This document shows, piece after piece, positions 39,596 through 48,724 of a DNA stretch of 64,000 nt. The notes under the pieces are model-generated. The model did not search any database, was not told where the DNA came from, and saw only the letters and a list, made by a program, of their open reading frames with translations. This stretch comes from a virus, in the IMG/VR virus record IMGVR_UViG_3300014257_000015, positions 1 through 64,000 of that record; one strand, 5' to 3'. Position 1 is the first letter of the stretch; every line of letters begins with the position of its first letter. A program made the position numbers and the translations under genes.

Positions 39596-40755
39596 TGGGA
39601 AGTGTACGAAGTAGACTTGATTCGAAGGGGCGTGAGAAAGTCCAATGCATGGTCTGCAATGAATGGCACCATCGTTTGGATGTGCACCTTAGCAAGAAAC
39701 ATGGCATGAATGCGAAAGAGTACACAGTCAAGTATCGAGGCGCCCCGACAATCTCTGAAGCAGCGAAGGAAACAGCCCGTGCAGCGCAGATCAAGGCTGG
39801 TGAAGAGCGAAAAATCATTGCATCTGCTGACATGGGAACCGGGGAAGACCTGACATCATTCAGGATTGGTGTGGTGGTGTTGAATCGTCGAACAGCGCTT
39901 TCAGAGCAAGACAAAGCTCGAATCCCAAAACACGATGAGCGTTGGATACCTGGGAAGCGTGAGAAGGAACAAATGGAGTGCATTGCACTCGGCATTAGCA
40001 ATCGCGAAAACATCTTTATCTTCGGTCCGACGGGATGTGGAAAAACCACCATCATCGAAGAAATGGCTGCATTACTTGACCAACCATGTATTCGTGTACA
40101 GGCAAATCGCAAGTTGACCATCGAGGATTTCGTTGGCCAGCAATCACTTTCGGTCGTGGACAACCAACACGTCACAGAATGGCAAGACGGCGTTCTGACG
40201 CAAGCCATGAGAAACGGGTGGTGGATCGTGCTGGATGAAATCACCGGGGCCGAGGCAGGGATTTTGCTGCGACTTCAGGCTGTGCTTGAAGGGAAGCCAT
40301 TGGTGCTCACCGAGAACGGCGGCGAGATTGTAGAACCACACCAGCACTTCCGAATCATCGCTAGTGACAACACAAATGGCCGGGGGGATAACAGCGGGTT
40401 GTACGTTGGGACAAACTTGATGAATGAAGCAACGCTAGACAGATTTGGTGTTGTGATCAAGGCCGAATATCCTGACGCCGCGACAGAGAACAACATTTTG
40501 ACATCGAAGGGCGGCGTGCCAAAGGACACTGCGCGGAAGATGGTTGAGGTGGCGGTGCGGGTGCGCGAGGCGATGTCCAACGAGACGTGCTATTGCACAT
40601 TCAGCACTCGTCGATTGATTTCTTGGGCTGCGAAAGCGCAGCAACTGGGAAACGTACGTATGGCTGCGAAGATCTCAATAACAAACAAATTATCCCCCGA
40701 AGACGCCAAGTTTGTCGACGGTTTGATACAAAGATACTTCGGAGGAGACATCTGA
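39592..40755 (+). CDS. CobS/CbbQ/MoxR-family AAA+ ATPase with N-terminal Ros/MucR-like Zn finger
   Basis: C..C…HL..KHGM…EY; FGPTGCGKTT; LDEI; NEATLDRF; FSTRRL. Confidence 0.85.
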   Translation: MMGSVRSRLDSKGREKVQCMVCNEWHHRLDVHLSKKHGMNAKEYTVKYRGAPTISEAAKETARAAQIKAGEERKIIASADMGTGEDLTSFRIGVVVLNRRTALSEQDKARIPKHDERWIPGKREKEQMECIALGISNRENIFIFGPTGCGKTTIIEEMAALLDQPCIRVQANRKLTIEDFVGQQSLSVVDNQHVTEWQDGVLTQAMRNGWWIVLDEITGAEAGILLRLQAVLEGKPLVLTENGGEIVEPHQHFRIIASDNTNGRGDNSGLYVGTNLMNEATLDRFGVVIKAEYPDAATENNILTSKGGVPKDTARKMVEVAVRVREAMSNETCYCTFSTRRLISWAAKAQQLGNVRMAAKISITNKLSPEDAKFVDGLIQRYFGGDI

Positions 40756-40792
40756 TAAACCAATAGGTTTTGCCTTTGTGGCAACTTTTCTA

Positions 40793-40822
40793 TTGACTTA
40801 TGCGGTGTCGCTCGGTTAGAGT
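40793..40822 (+). promoter_or_regulatory. Sigma70-type promoter overlapped by an inverted repeat
   Basis: TTGACT-18-TAGAGT; ATGCGG…CCGCAT at 40800-40830. Confidence 0.5.
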
Positions 40823-40844
40823 CGCCGCATGATGAGGACCGGCC

Positions 40845-42626
40845 ATGATCAGAAAAACAGGACACTTTGAAGCCATCGCCCGCGCCATGGCGAGGAATCA
40901 CCAGATCAAGGTGATCCCCTCTGGCGCCGAGTGTTTGACTGATGGCGAAAACATTCTGATCCCATTCAATTCAGATCACTTTGACGAGGCGAGTGCGAAT
41001 GTGTTACACGGCCTATTGGACCATGAAGTGGGCCATGTGAAAGAAGAACGTCGACACAAAGATGCTGGTCGCAAATCCCCGTTAGAAATATTGAAATCAG
41101 CGAAAAGCGACAAAGAACGATTGGTGTTTAATGCTTTCGAGGACATCAGGATTGAGCGTTCTGAATCACAGCAGTTCATTGGGGTGGCTGAGAATCTCGC
41201 TGCTGCAAGTCGGCACGAAATACAGCGATTCAAAGATAAATATGCCGCCGAAGGCGGATTGGTAAATGCGAATTTTTGGCACACGTTCGTCTGCGCCATT
41301 ATAGCAACAGCGCAAGGCGATGATGTTTCGTGGATCCCGAGCGAATACAACAAATACCTAGCTGTTGTGTCGGATGAAATTGCCGCATCGAATTCAACAT
41401 CATGGGGGCAAGAAACACACCAATTAGCGGTCAGCGTGGTGAAGAAGATCGAAAAATTCGCTGAAGAGCAGAAACAAAAACTCGAAGCAGAAGAAAAAGA
41501 AGACTCTGAAGATCTTTCAGCCTCGAAGCCGAGCGAAGGTGGCGATGAACAAGGGAAATCAAAGGCTGGCGGGTTGGAATCGGAAACACAGAAACAAGAC
41601 GACGGCGAGTTGATAAAAATCGAAGTTGCAGAAGGGGCATTAGGCGAATCGGATACAGCAGACATCAAAGATGAAACAAAAGAGCGAATCAAGGAGATGG
41701 TGCGAAGGGACATCGATCTCAACAACCGTTACATCCCGCACCCTGCAGCCGTAGCGAGAGACAAAGTCATCAAACCATTAGGTGACATAGTTGATTACAA
41801 CCGCTGTCGCGATATCGTTTCTGATCAGATAACAGGCCTTCGCGGAAAACTTCTTTCGCTCATTCGTTCCAGGCAACCATCGGTTGAATTGTCGGGGCGT
41901 CGTCACGGTAAATTGGACACTAGACGTCTGGGAACAATTGCTTCAGGAAACACCAATGTGTTCAAGGTTGAAATTGAAGGTGAGAAGCTGGACACAGCAA
42001 TCACTGTGCTGATTGACATGTCTGGTTCAATGGGCAGCGGGCATTGCCCAGGACACCCAGCACACCAAGCCAAATTGATGGCCATTGCGTTGGCAGAAAC
42101 CTTTGAAGCGCTCCAAATACCTTTTGAAGTGATTGGATTTGAAACTGATACACCAGAACGATGCGTTGGAAAAGAGGAAATAAGTGATGTGTATTCTCGG
42201 TATTCTCCGATGTTATACCATGAGTTCAAATCGTTCGATCAAAAGCACAGAACAGTAAAGCAACGGATGTCTGACATTGCCGGCTCTTTAGACAATGACG
42301 ACGGCGAGGCGCTTCTGTACGCTGCGAAGCGATTGATCCAACGTGAAGAATCGCGCAAAATCATGTTCGTTCTTTCAGACGGTTGCCCGGCCACCAGAGA
42401 TGCATCGCACGAAAGGCTAAATGGACACTTAGTCGAGGCCATCCAGCAGGCAGCATCATGGGGGATTGAGATGTTTGGAATAGGTGCATGCTCTGATCAC
42501 GTCGAACAGTTCTATACCAAGAAGTTCAACAGCAGTTGTATCGTAGTCAAGGACATCAAAACATTGGCAGTCGATGTGTACAAACTGATGCGCGATCGAC
42601 TCCTGTCGACGAATAGGAGTGTGTGA
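40845..42626 (+). CDS. CobT-like vWA protein (partner of the AAA+ ATPase)
   Basis: HEVGH…NAFEDIRIE; MIDAS DMSGSM; VLSDG.P. Confidence 0.85.
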   Translation: MIRKTGHFEAIARAMARNHQIKVIPSGAECLTDGENILIPFNSDHFDEASANVLHGLLDHEVGHVKEERRHKDAGRKSPLEILKSAKSDKERLVFNAFEDIRIERSESQQFIGVAENLAAASRHEIQRFKDKYAAEGGLVNANFWHTFVCAIIATAQGDDVSWIPSEYNKYLAVVSDEIAASNSTSWGQETHQLAVSVVKKIEKFAEEQKQKLEAEEKEDSEDLSASKPSEGGDEQGKSKAGGLESETQKQDDGELIKIEVAEGALGESDTADIKDETKERIKEMVRRDIDLNNRYIPHPAAVARDKVIKPLGDIVDYNRCRDIVSDQITGLRGKLLSLIRSRQPSVELSGRRHGKLDTRRLGTIASGNTNVFKVEIEGEKLDTAITVLIDMSGSMGSGHCPGHPAHQAKLMAIALAETFEALQIPFEVIGFETDTPERCVGKEEISDVYSRYSPMLYHEFKSFDQKHRTVKQRMSDIAGSLDNDDGEALLYAAKRLIQREESRKIMFVLSDGCPATRDASHERLNGHLVEAIQQAASWGIEMFGIGACSDHVEQFYTKKFNSSCIVVKDIKTLAVDVYKLMRDRLLSTNRSV

Positions 42627-43810
42627 TGGCAGTGAACTTCAAAGACGGCTACACAGTGCCATCGCACGTTCGTGAGATGTATCCTGATTTGGAGAAAAAT
42701 TTGCTGCCATTGATTAAACGTCGAGCACAACAAATGCGCCATGCCATACCCGGGATCGACGTGGAAGATGCAATACAAGAGGGGCGTCTTGCTTTGTTGT
42801 CTTGTTTGACTCGGTATGATGCTAACAAGTGTTCGTTTGATTTGAAACGCTACGTGTCCAAGACATTACGCAACACATATGCTATGATGTTGTACGAGGC
42901 GTTGGCTCAACGTCGCACTCCTCGGGCACACATACAAGACGGCGAAGGGAATTGGGGTGTTGCGCCGCGTGTCCCGATTAGTCTTGATGAAATGTTGACG
43001 TACGAACCTGTTGAAGGCGATCTCAGCCCCGAGGCGCGCATCATCGAGATGGAGCGATTGAGCTCATGCATTCGAATCAAAATGAAAATGATGGAGATGT
43101 TGACCGGGCGAGATCTTGATGTGTTCAAGTCGATGCTTGAAACGTCGTGCGAATTTCTGGAACCAGAAGAGATCCGACGCATCATAATCAGAGAGGAGCA
43201 AAGGAAACAGACGGGCGAACCGCTAAAGCACGATGGGTGCTTAGCAGCAGTGGACGCGGCCGGCGGCGACGTAAATTCATTGTCCAATATTTTGGTTGCC
43301 AATTATCTCAACATCAACAAGAATATGATTGATTGGTCCATCAACAAAATTCGCATGCTGTTCTCCAAATTGGTGAAACAAGAAGAAGTTGAAGCGCCCA
43401 ATGTCTTGGAGGCGATGGAAAAGCGTGGCCTTCCAGCAATACAAGTGAATCGAGGAACGCACTTCAGCGCAAGTTTCGTTCGTTCCGTGATGACTGTGCG
43501 GAATTTGCGTGACGAAGAGCCGCACATAGAAATACAGAGCGCATCGCATCGGGGTTGCACAAATTATTGGATGCGGAGGATTGAGCGCCACACGTGGGGG
43601 GCGGTGTTGGTCCTGAAACGCGGCGGTGAATTTGTTACCGCTGTGATTGAAGGTCGTTTGAATTTGTTGACTGGCGACGTATTCAGCCTTGAATTGGGCG
43701 GGGCGAGAGATAAACTGCCGGTTGAATGGTATCAACAGTTGTCCAGAAGATTGTCGGAGGTGTACGGTGGCCAGGAAAATACGGATGCCACATTGCGTCG
43801 GGCAGTATGA
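42626..43810 (+). CDS. Sigma70-like factor with C-terminal extension
   Basis: Region 2: DVEDAIQEGRLAL…RYD…RYV…LRN; ISLD. Confidence 0.72.
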   Translation: MAVNFKDGYTVPSHVREMYPDLEKNLLPLIKRRAQQMRHAIPGIDVEDAIQEGRLALLSCLTRYDANKCSFDLKRYVSKTLRNTYAMMLYEALAQRRTPRAHIQDGEGNWGVAPRVPISLDEMLTYEPVEGDLSPEARIIEMERLSSCIRIKMKMMEMLTGRDLDVFKSMLETSCEFLEPEEIRRIIIREEQRKQTGEPLKHDGCLAAVDAAGGDVNSLSNILVANYLNINKNMIDWSINKIRMLFSKLVKQEEVEAPNVLEAMEKRGLPAIQVNRGTHFSASFVRSVMTVRNLRDEEPHIEIQSASHRGCTNYWMRRIERHTWGAVLVLKRGGEFVTAVIEGRLNLLTGDVFSLELGGARDKLPVEWYQQLSRRLSEVYGGQENTDATLRRAV

Positions 43811-44654
43811 GCCGAAGAATGATGTGTGCAATGGAGATCCGTCGAAATCGAAGGATACCGAAGATGGTGTGCCGTGTTGGTGTCGCGATAGATGCATAGC
43901 ACTTCGGTTGTGGTGTGGTGAGCGGGGGAAAGAACCGGATCACTTTGTTGCCTTGCAAATTGTGAAAGAAAATGGTGTAGAGATGACAGCAGCCGTGCCA
44001 AAGATGAGCAACGAGATATTCGCAAACACGCTCGATAAAACCATTGCCAATTATGGCGTAATCAACGGACGCATCACCAGACCAAACAAGGGCGGTGCAC
44101 CAAAGAAGAAAATACAAGCACCCGCGCCAACCAGAGGGAAACCTGGCCCGAAGAAGGGGAAGCGGCCTTGTGTTGAGGCAAGAGTGAAATCGCGCCGGGC
44201 AGTAATAGCACGTGCGAAAGCTCGACGAGAAGAGTGCAAGTTGTTGTTCGGCCATTTCAAGAAACATCTGGAGGTGGCCTTGCATGGACAGAAGTGGAGT
44301 GCTAGAAATTCAGCTATTGCTGCTGATAGGCTGTACATTAAAGACAGGTTTGACAATTCCGGCTACGCTACGGTGTATTGCAAAACGAGGATAGGGCGGG
44401 ATACGCCAGTGGTGACAGCAAGGCTGAAAACGGCGACGTTGACCTTGATGATAGGGTTGCCGGTGACTTTAGAACAGCTGGAATCACAGATAGGAAAGGC
44501 CACGTGCAAAAAGCTATCCCCATACAGAATATTGGACGGATATTTCATCACAGCCGTGAACAACGTCGACAAAGAGCGTGCTGCTTTGATCGCAGAGACT
44601 ATCGGCCGACTGGTGAAATCAGGTATTATAAATTTGCCTGCCGCCGCGCAATGA
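43785..44654 (+). CDS. Basic hypothetical protein with Cys-rich N-terminus
   Basis: AGGA RBS before ATG 43785 (MPHCVGQY…C…PCWCRDRC). Confidence 0.6.
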   Translation: MPHCVGQYEPKNDVCNGDPSKSKDTEDGVPCWCRDRCIALRLWCGERGKEPDHFVALQIVKENGVEMTAAVPKMSNEIFANTLDKTIANYGVINGRITRPNKGGAPKKKIQAPAPTRGKPGPKKGKRPCVEARVKSRRAVIARAKARREECKLLFGHFKKHLEVALHGQKWSARNSAIAADRLYIKDRFDNSGYATVYCKTRIGRDTPVVTARLKTATLTLMIGLPVTLEQLESQIGKATCKKLSPYRILDGYFITAVNNVDKERAALIAETIGRLVKSGIINLPAAAQ

Positions 44655-44670
44655 CGCTGCAGAGCGGGCA

Positions 44671-44724
44671 GGGGCGAGCGATTGGATTCTTGGGCCTTGG
44701 CCGGTTCTCTCCAACGCTCGCCCC
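44671..44724 (+). promoter_or_regulatory. Long GC-rich hairpin upstream of the nucleotide-modification operon
   Basis: GGGGCGAGCG-a-TTGGA…TCCAA-CGCTCGCCCC; no U tract. Confidence 0.55.
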
Positions 44725-44742
44725 GATCCATCGAGCAAATCC

Positions 44743-45705
44743 ATGAGAAAACGTGTTGTGATAGTTGGGGGTGGAGTCTCAGGGCTCATAGCATCGTATG
44801 TGTTCAGCGGAATCCCCGGTGTAGAAACAAGAGTATTTGAAGAGAAAACAACCGGCGGCGAATTTCTAGCTGGCGGCTTGAAGTACATCCACCACACAGA
44901 AGCAATGGTGGATATGTTTGATGAGCTAGGCCTGTGTCACTCAAATTTCATGGTGAATGGTGGCATATTGTTGAGCGACGTTGTTCAGCCGTACCCAAAG
45001 TGCTTCCAAGACATGGCACCCGAACGAGCCGCCCGCATCCAGGATGACCACTGGAGGAAGACGCGCCGATCAGAGCCGGGTTCTGATTCCAAGAAAGCAA
45101 TGAATGATCCGGCGAGCACGAAGCCAAGGCAAGCCCTTCGCTGTGACTTTGTGGATATGATCAATGAGCTATCAGATTGCGCAGCGATCACCAACGCAGC
45201 CGTAGTTGAGATCAACCAAAATGATTTGCTGACCAGCCAGAAAGAACGGGTGCTGTTTGATTTCGCGGTGGTGACTTTGCCGCTGTGGGTGATTAGGGAA
45301 TTGGTGAAGTGGTATGTGCCGCACGGTATGGCTATGGCCCTCAACGTGGCAAAGGTGAATGTTCGCGGGGATCGCTTTGCGCGCTGGGATTACGTCTACA
45401 CGCCCTACACGCCGTCCAATTGTGTCCATCGATTTTCACCGGTGGCAGGCGGATATTCGGTTGAGACGAATGGTGAATTGAATCTTGGTGAAATCGAGTC
45501 TGACTTGAATTTCCTTTGGCCTGAAGGTTGGGCAATGATGGAACTGAAAGAGGGGCTAAAGGGCCACCTGCTTTCATTGGACACTAAGCCTGATTGGCCG
45601 CGTAACATAGCACCAATCGGAAGGTTTGCAAAATGGGACAGCCGGGCAACCATCGATGTAGCGTTGGAAGACTCGATAGCGTTAGCCAAGAGGTGGCTTG
45701 GATGA
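44743..45705 (+). CDS. FAD-dependent oxidoreductase (UDP-galactopyranose mutase / amine-oxidase-like fold)
   Basis: VVIVGGGVSGL Rossmann motif; GG; C-terminal IGRFAKW. Confidence 0.75.
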   Translation: MRKRVVIVGGGVSGLIASYVFSGIPGVETRVFEEKTTGGEFLAGGLKYIHHTEAMVDMFDELGLCHSNFMVNGGILLSDVVQPYPKCFQDMAPERAARIQDDHWRKTRRSEPGSDSKKAMNDPASTKPRQALRCDFVDMINELSDCAAITNAAVVEINQNDLLTSQKERVLFDFAVVTLPLWVIRELVKWYVPHGMAMALNVAKVNVRGDRFARWDYVYTPYTPSNCVHRFSPVAGGYSVETNGELNLGEIESDLNFLWPEGWAMMELKEGLKGHLLSLDTKPDWPRNIAPIGRFAKWDSRATIDVALEDSIALAKRWLG

Positions 45706-46649
45706 ATCTTTGGTCAGAGATGTGGGAAAGGCAGAAGAAGCAACAGGAGCACTTCAACCTCGACCCCAAAGCGATGTCACCAATCGTGAAGGCTGGTGTT
45801 GCGAAGGATTTGACGCTGGGATTGCTTGAAGAGGCGGGGGAGCTTTCGAGGGCTGTGGCTCGATTCAAGGCACACCTTTTGAAAGACAGGCCTGTGGACA
45901 AGATCAATGTCTGCGAAGCTTCGGTTGATGTGCTGAAATATCTGATAGCGATTGCGCAATTATATGGCGTCTCGTCTGAAGAGATGTTCAACACTTTCAT
46001 GCGAAAAAGCGACGTTGTTGATGACAAGGCGCGTTGCGAACGGGTGGAACTGGAGCGCCACACCAAGCTGATTGTGAGTGATCTGGATGGTTGCATTGCA
46101 GACCTATCTTCGTGGCAGGACGAAATGGATCGACAGCGCGGGAACGCTCCGATGAATGATGCCACATTGGCGATGCTCGAAAAATTGAAAGAGGAGTTTT
46201 ACAGATGCGGCGGGTTTTTGAATTTGCCGCCGATACCTGGAGCAATCGAAGCAACCAAGAAGATACGTGAAGCAGGATACAAACTGGCCATCATCACAGC
46301 CAGGCCAGACTGGCAATACAAAAGAGTGTACGCTGATACAATCCAGTGGCTTCAGAAACACGACATACAATATGATTTGATTTTGTTTCAGAAGGACAAG
46401 GCAGAAGCCGTGGTGGATCACATCTTTCCGGCGCGCCCTCTGTGTTTCGTTGAAGATAGGAGTAAACACGCCATCGAGGTCGCTAGCATTGGTGTGCAAG
46501 TGTTGTTTCTGACTTCTGGCAAAAGCGAATTGGCGCCTCACCCTTTGATTCAGCGAGTTCAAGGCTGGGGTGAAATCGTCGAGTACATCAATGCAACACA
46601 AGATGGGAGAAGTGAATATGGGACACCCACATTTGATGGGAACAGTTGA
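45702..46649 (+). CDS. MazG/all-alpha dNTP pyrophosphatase fused to a HAD 5'(3')-nucleotidase
   Basis: EEAGEL…EASVD..KY; DLDG..AD, IITAR, FVED. Confidence 0.8.
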   Translation: MNLWSEMWERQKKQQEHFNLDPKAMSPIVKAGVAKDLTLGLLEEAGELSRAVARFKAHLLKDRPVDKINVCEASVDVLKYLIAIAQLYGVSSEEMFNTFMRKSDVVDDKARCERVELERHTKLIVSDLDGCIADLSSWQDEMDRQRGNAPMNDATLAMLEKLKEEFYRCGGFLNLPPIPGAIEATKKIREAGYKLAIITARPDWQYKRVYADTIQWLQKHDIQYDLILFQKDKAEAVVDHIFPARPLCFVEDRSKHAIEVASIGVQVLFLTSGKSELAPHPLIQRVQGWGEIVEYINATQDGRSEYGTPTFDGNS

Positions 46650-47784
46650 GTACAGGCCGGTAACGTTTAGCAGCGGGAATGGCCCTTGGCTGTATGTTTA
46701 TCATGATGGAGAAACAAAGACAGATTATCTGGACTTTTTCTGTGATGTCGGAACGTCCAGCCTTGGTTACGGCGGGAAAGAACAACAGGATGTCATTTCC
46801 AGGATGTATCATTTGCCTGCTCACGCGCCGAACATATTTGGCTTCGATGAGCGAGACCGAGCGGCACGGCGCCTTTGTGAAATGACGCAAATGGATCGCG
46901 TGTTCTTTTGCAATAGCGGAGCAGAATCAGTTGAGGCGGCAATCAAACTGGCGCGGCTTTGGTCGTACAAGAAAGGCTGTGGCGCTGATCACATCTACAG
47001 TTATGTCGGCGGATTCCATGGGCGGACATACGGGGCGTTGTCCGCCGGTGACGGCGCGCCATATCACTACGAAGGTTTCGGCAAGATGTTGGACGGGGTG
47101 TTTCACTTCAAAGAAGCATGGGAAATCACAGACCCCGAAACTTGCGCCATCATTCTCGCCCCCTGCTTCGGCAACAACGACATTCGAGAGTACCCGGATG
47201 GTTGGTTGAAAGATCTCAGAGAATTCTGTGACAACAACGGGATTCTACTGATCTTTGATGAGGTGCAAACAGGCTCGGGGCGCACCGGCATGATGACGTA
47301 CGCGCAACGATGCGGCGTGAAGCCAGACATTATGACGTTGGCGAAGGGCATTGGGATGGGTGCCCCTGTAGGTGCCATGTTGGCGTCGGCTGACATCGCC
47401 GAAGTGTTCACGCCAGGAACGCATTTCAGCACATTCGGCGGGAATCCGTTGTCTTGTGCCTTCGTGAATGGGATGTTGGACTGGTTGGAACGTCCTGGAA
47501 ATCTGGAGTCTGTGAATCGAAAGGGCGAGTTCATAAAAGAAACATTGCAACGATTCGGATGGGCAAAGAACATTCGCGGCCCAGGAATGCTGATTGGATT
47601 TGATATCGACATTGACACATCTGAATTCGCGGCCCGCTGCTTAGAAAATCAGTTGCTCATCGGGGCCTTTAGAAAGGGGCCTGGGGCTGTAAAAATCAGC
47701 CCGCCGCTGAACATCGAAAAAGAAGACATCATCAAGGGATTGACCATATTGGATGAATCCTACAAGGAGCTGATCAATGGCTGA
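46618..47784 (+). CDS. Class-III PLP aminotransferase (ArgD/OAT-like, divergent)
   Basis: NSGAESVEAAIK, FHGRT, DEVQTG.GRTG, TLAKG (PLP Lys), STFGGNPL. Confidence 0.9.
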   Translation: MGHPHLMGTVEYRPVTFSSGNGPWLYVYHDGETKTDYLDFFCDVGTSSLGYGGKEQQDVISRMYHLPAHAPNIFGFDERDRAARRLCEMTQMDRVFFCNSGAESVEAAIKLARLWSYKKGCGADHIYSYVGGFHGRTYGALSAGDGAPYHYEGFGKMLDGVFHFKEAWEITDPETCAIILAPCFGNNDIREYPDGWLKDLREFCDNNGILLIFDEVQTGSGRTGMMTYAQRCGVKPDIMTLAKGIGMGAPVGAMLASADIAEVFTPGTHFSTFGGNPLSCAFVNGMLDWLERPGNLESVNRKGEFIKETLQRFGWAKNIRGPGMLIGFDIDIDTSEFAARCLENQLLIGAFRKGPGAVKISPPLNIEKEDIIKGLTILDESYKELING

Positions 47785-48724
47785 GCCGAAAGTCACATTG
47801 CTGACTTGGACGAAAGACCCGTTGGAAACTGTGTACTCTGTATGGTGGCAGTCGAAGAACGAAAAACCGTTGATGACACCGGATGAGGTGAAAGAAAATG
47901 TCCCGCCGTCTGAGGTCGAAGAGCTATTCAAAGCGGTAATAGCACAACGAATCCCTGTTGGAGAACACCTGGATTTCGTGTTTGTTATGGAGAACGTTTC
48001 TGTGTCTTGGCGTGAGCAGGCCGTTCGCCACCGCATCGGGGTGAAAGTAGGCGGCGAACGTTTAGGGGTGGACGTAATACCGAACCTGGCTGATTCAAGC
48101 TGGTGGTCACAATCCATGCGCATCCAGAATATGGGAAGTTTCTTCAGCAACGGCGCATACAGGATGCCAAAATCATTGGATGCTCACCCGGAAGCTAAAG
48201 CTGTTTTTTGCGACATCATGTGTGACATCGAGGCTGCGTACAATAATCTGATTGACATGGGTGTGCCGATGGAAGACGCCAGAGAGGTTATCCCACTCGG
48301 CGCGCAACATCGGATCAGCTGGAAGCTTAACATAGGCGCTCTCCAGCACATCATGGAAAAGAGAGGTTGCTGGATACTGCAACTTGGAACGTGGGGGCCG
48401 ATCATTACCGGGATGGTGGATGAGTTGGCCAACAAGGTTCACCCTGTGTTTCGCGAATTGGTGACGCCGCCTTGCATCCGAGGGGATAAATTCAACTCGT
48501 GTGTGTTCATGGAAGAGTGTCGCCGCCGTTTGACAGGTGATGATGAATTGCCACCGTGCCCACTCCACTACAACTACCACGTTCTGCCTGAATCGCAACG
48601 TGGAATGATTCCGCTGTTGGTCAAGAAATTGGAAATCCCGATGAAGTCGGAGATGATGCGACGGTCGGAAGATTATGCGAATTTTTGGGGCCGAGATCCG
48701 TTCACAGGTGAAAAAATTGTGTGA
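47777..48724 (+). CDS. ThyX-like flavin-dependent thymidylate synthase (divergent)
   Basis: EQAVRHR…SWWSQSMR; EDAREVIP; H..EKRGC. Confidence 0.8.
   Translation: MAEPKVTLLTWTKDPLETVYSVWWQSKNEKPLMTPDEVKENVPPSEVEELFKAVIAQRIPVGEHLDFVFVMENVSVSWREQAVRHRIGVKVGGERLGVDVIPNLADSSWWSQSMRIQNMGSFFSNGAYRMPKSLDAHPEAKAVFCDIMCDIEAAYNNLIDMGVPMEDAREVIPLGAQHRISWKLNIGALQHIMEKRGCWILQLGTWGPIITGMVDELANKVHPVFRELVTPPCIRGDKFNSCVFMEECRRRLTGDDELPPCPLHYNYHVLPESQRGMIPLLVKKLEIPMKSEMMRRSEDYANFWGRDPFTGEKIV

Noticed and set aside
39592-42626. Cobalamin biosynthesis (cobS/cobT)
   Set aside because: No cobN or other cob genes; family-level similarity only.
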